This document shows positions 63,746-64,000 of a DNA stretch of 64,000 bases, piece by piece. Position 1 is the stretch's first letter. Each line of letters begins with the position of its first letter. The notes below the pieces were generated by a model. The model worked only from the letters and a program-made list of their open reading frames with translations, ran no database searches and had not been told where the DNA came from. This DNA is from Macrostomum lignano (Eukaryota): contig NIVC01001759.1 of the NCBI GenBank assembly GCA_002269645.1, forward strand, positions 107,723 through 171,722, read 5' to 3'. The translations under genes and the position numbers were made by a program.

Positions 63746-64000
63746 CTGAGGATTTCAAGCAGAGGATTTTAAAGTGCATGCACGTTGAAGGTGGCTAAAA
63801 GAGCTGACGGGAAGCGTTACTAGGGTCTGTGGTTGTGTGCGAGCTAATGCAATCGGTTGTGAGCTCTCGAAGCTTAGTTTTAGGGATTTTTTGGAAGGCC
63901 CGTCTGCAGTTGGGAGGCTTGTGAATTTTTTAGGTAGGCGAGTGTACATTGGAGAGGGTTAGTGGGGTCTGCATTGGAAGAAGCGTGTACATTGAAGAGG

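Overview
This is eukaryotic (animal, invertebrate-like) genomic DNA, not prokaryotic, with no operons, CRISPR arrays, rRNA or intact tRNA. Roughly 35-40% of the window is minisatellite or microsatellite, spread over about 30 arrays, and GC-rich exons sit between them. That style is reminiscent of the flatworm Macrostomum lignano (inference only). Three spliced genes can be reconstructed by hand. (1) A Blimp-1/PRDM1 orthologue on the minus strand has three visible coding exons (35050-~35483, 27161-27515, 24609-26296), encoding a PR/SET domain and five zinc fingers; its 5' end is unresolved. (2) A CG11883-type calcineurin-like 5'-nucleotidase on the plus strand has four exons (53574-58332), interrupted by apparent 1-bp deletions. 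(3) The last exon of a divergent PKA-like AGC kinase lies on the minus strand (63214-63745). There are also several non-autonomous DNA transposons: a hAT-like element with an 8-bp TSD carrying a nested MITE with a 9-bp TSD, a CAGGGG-type MITE family with an expandable CT core, and a CAGGGGCGT MITE whose internal repeat matches a 1.7-kb satellite elsewhere in the window. SINE remnants and a 146-N gap flanked by an apparently artefactual ~780-bp duplication complete the picture. Almost all long ORFs in the supplied track are tandem-repeat artefacts. I found no clearly new biological system; the most interesting signals are the MITE-satellite relationships, intron-specific minisatellites and gene-structure details.
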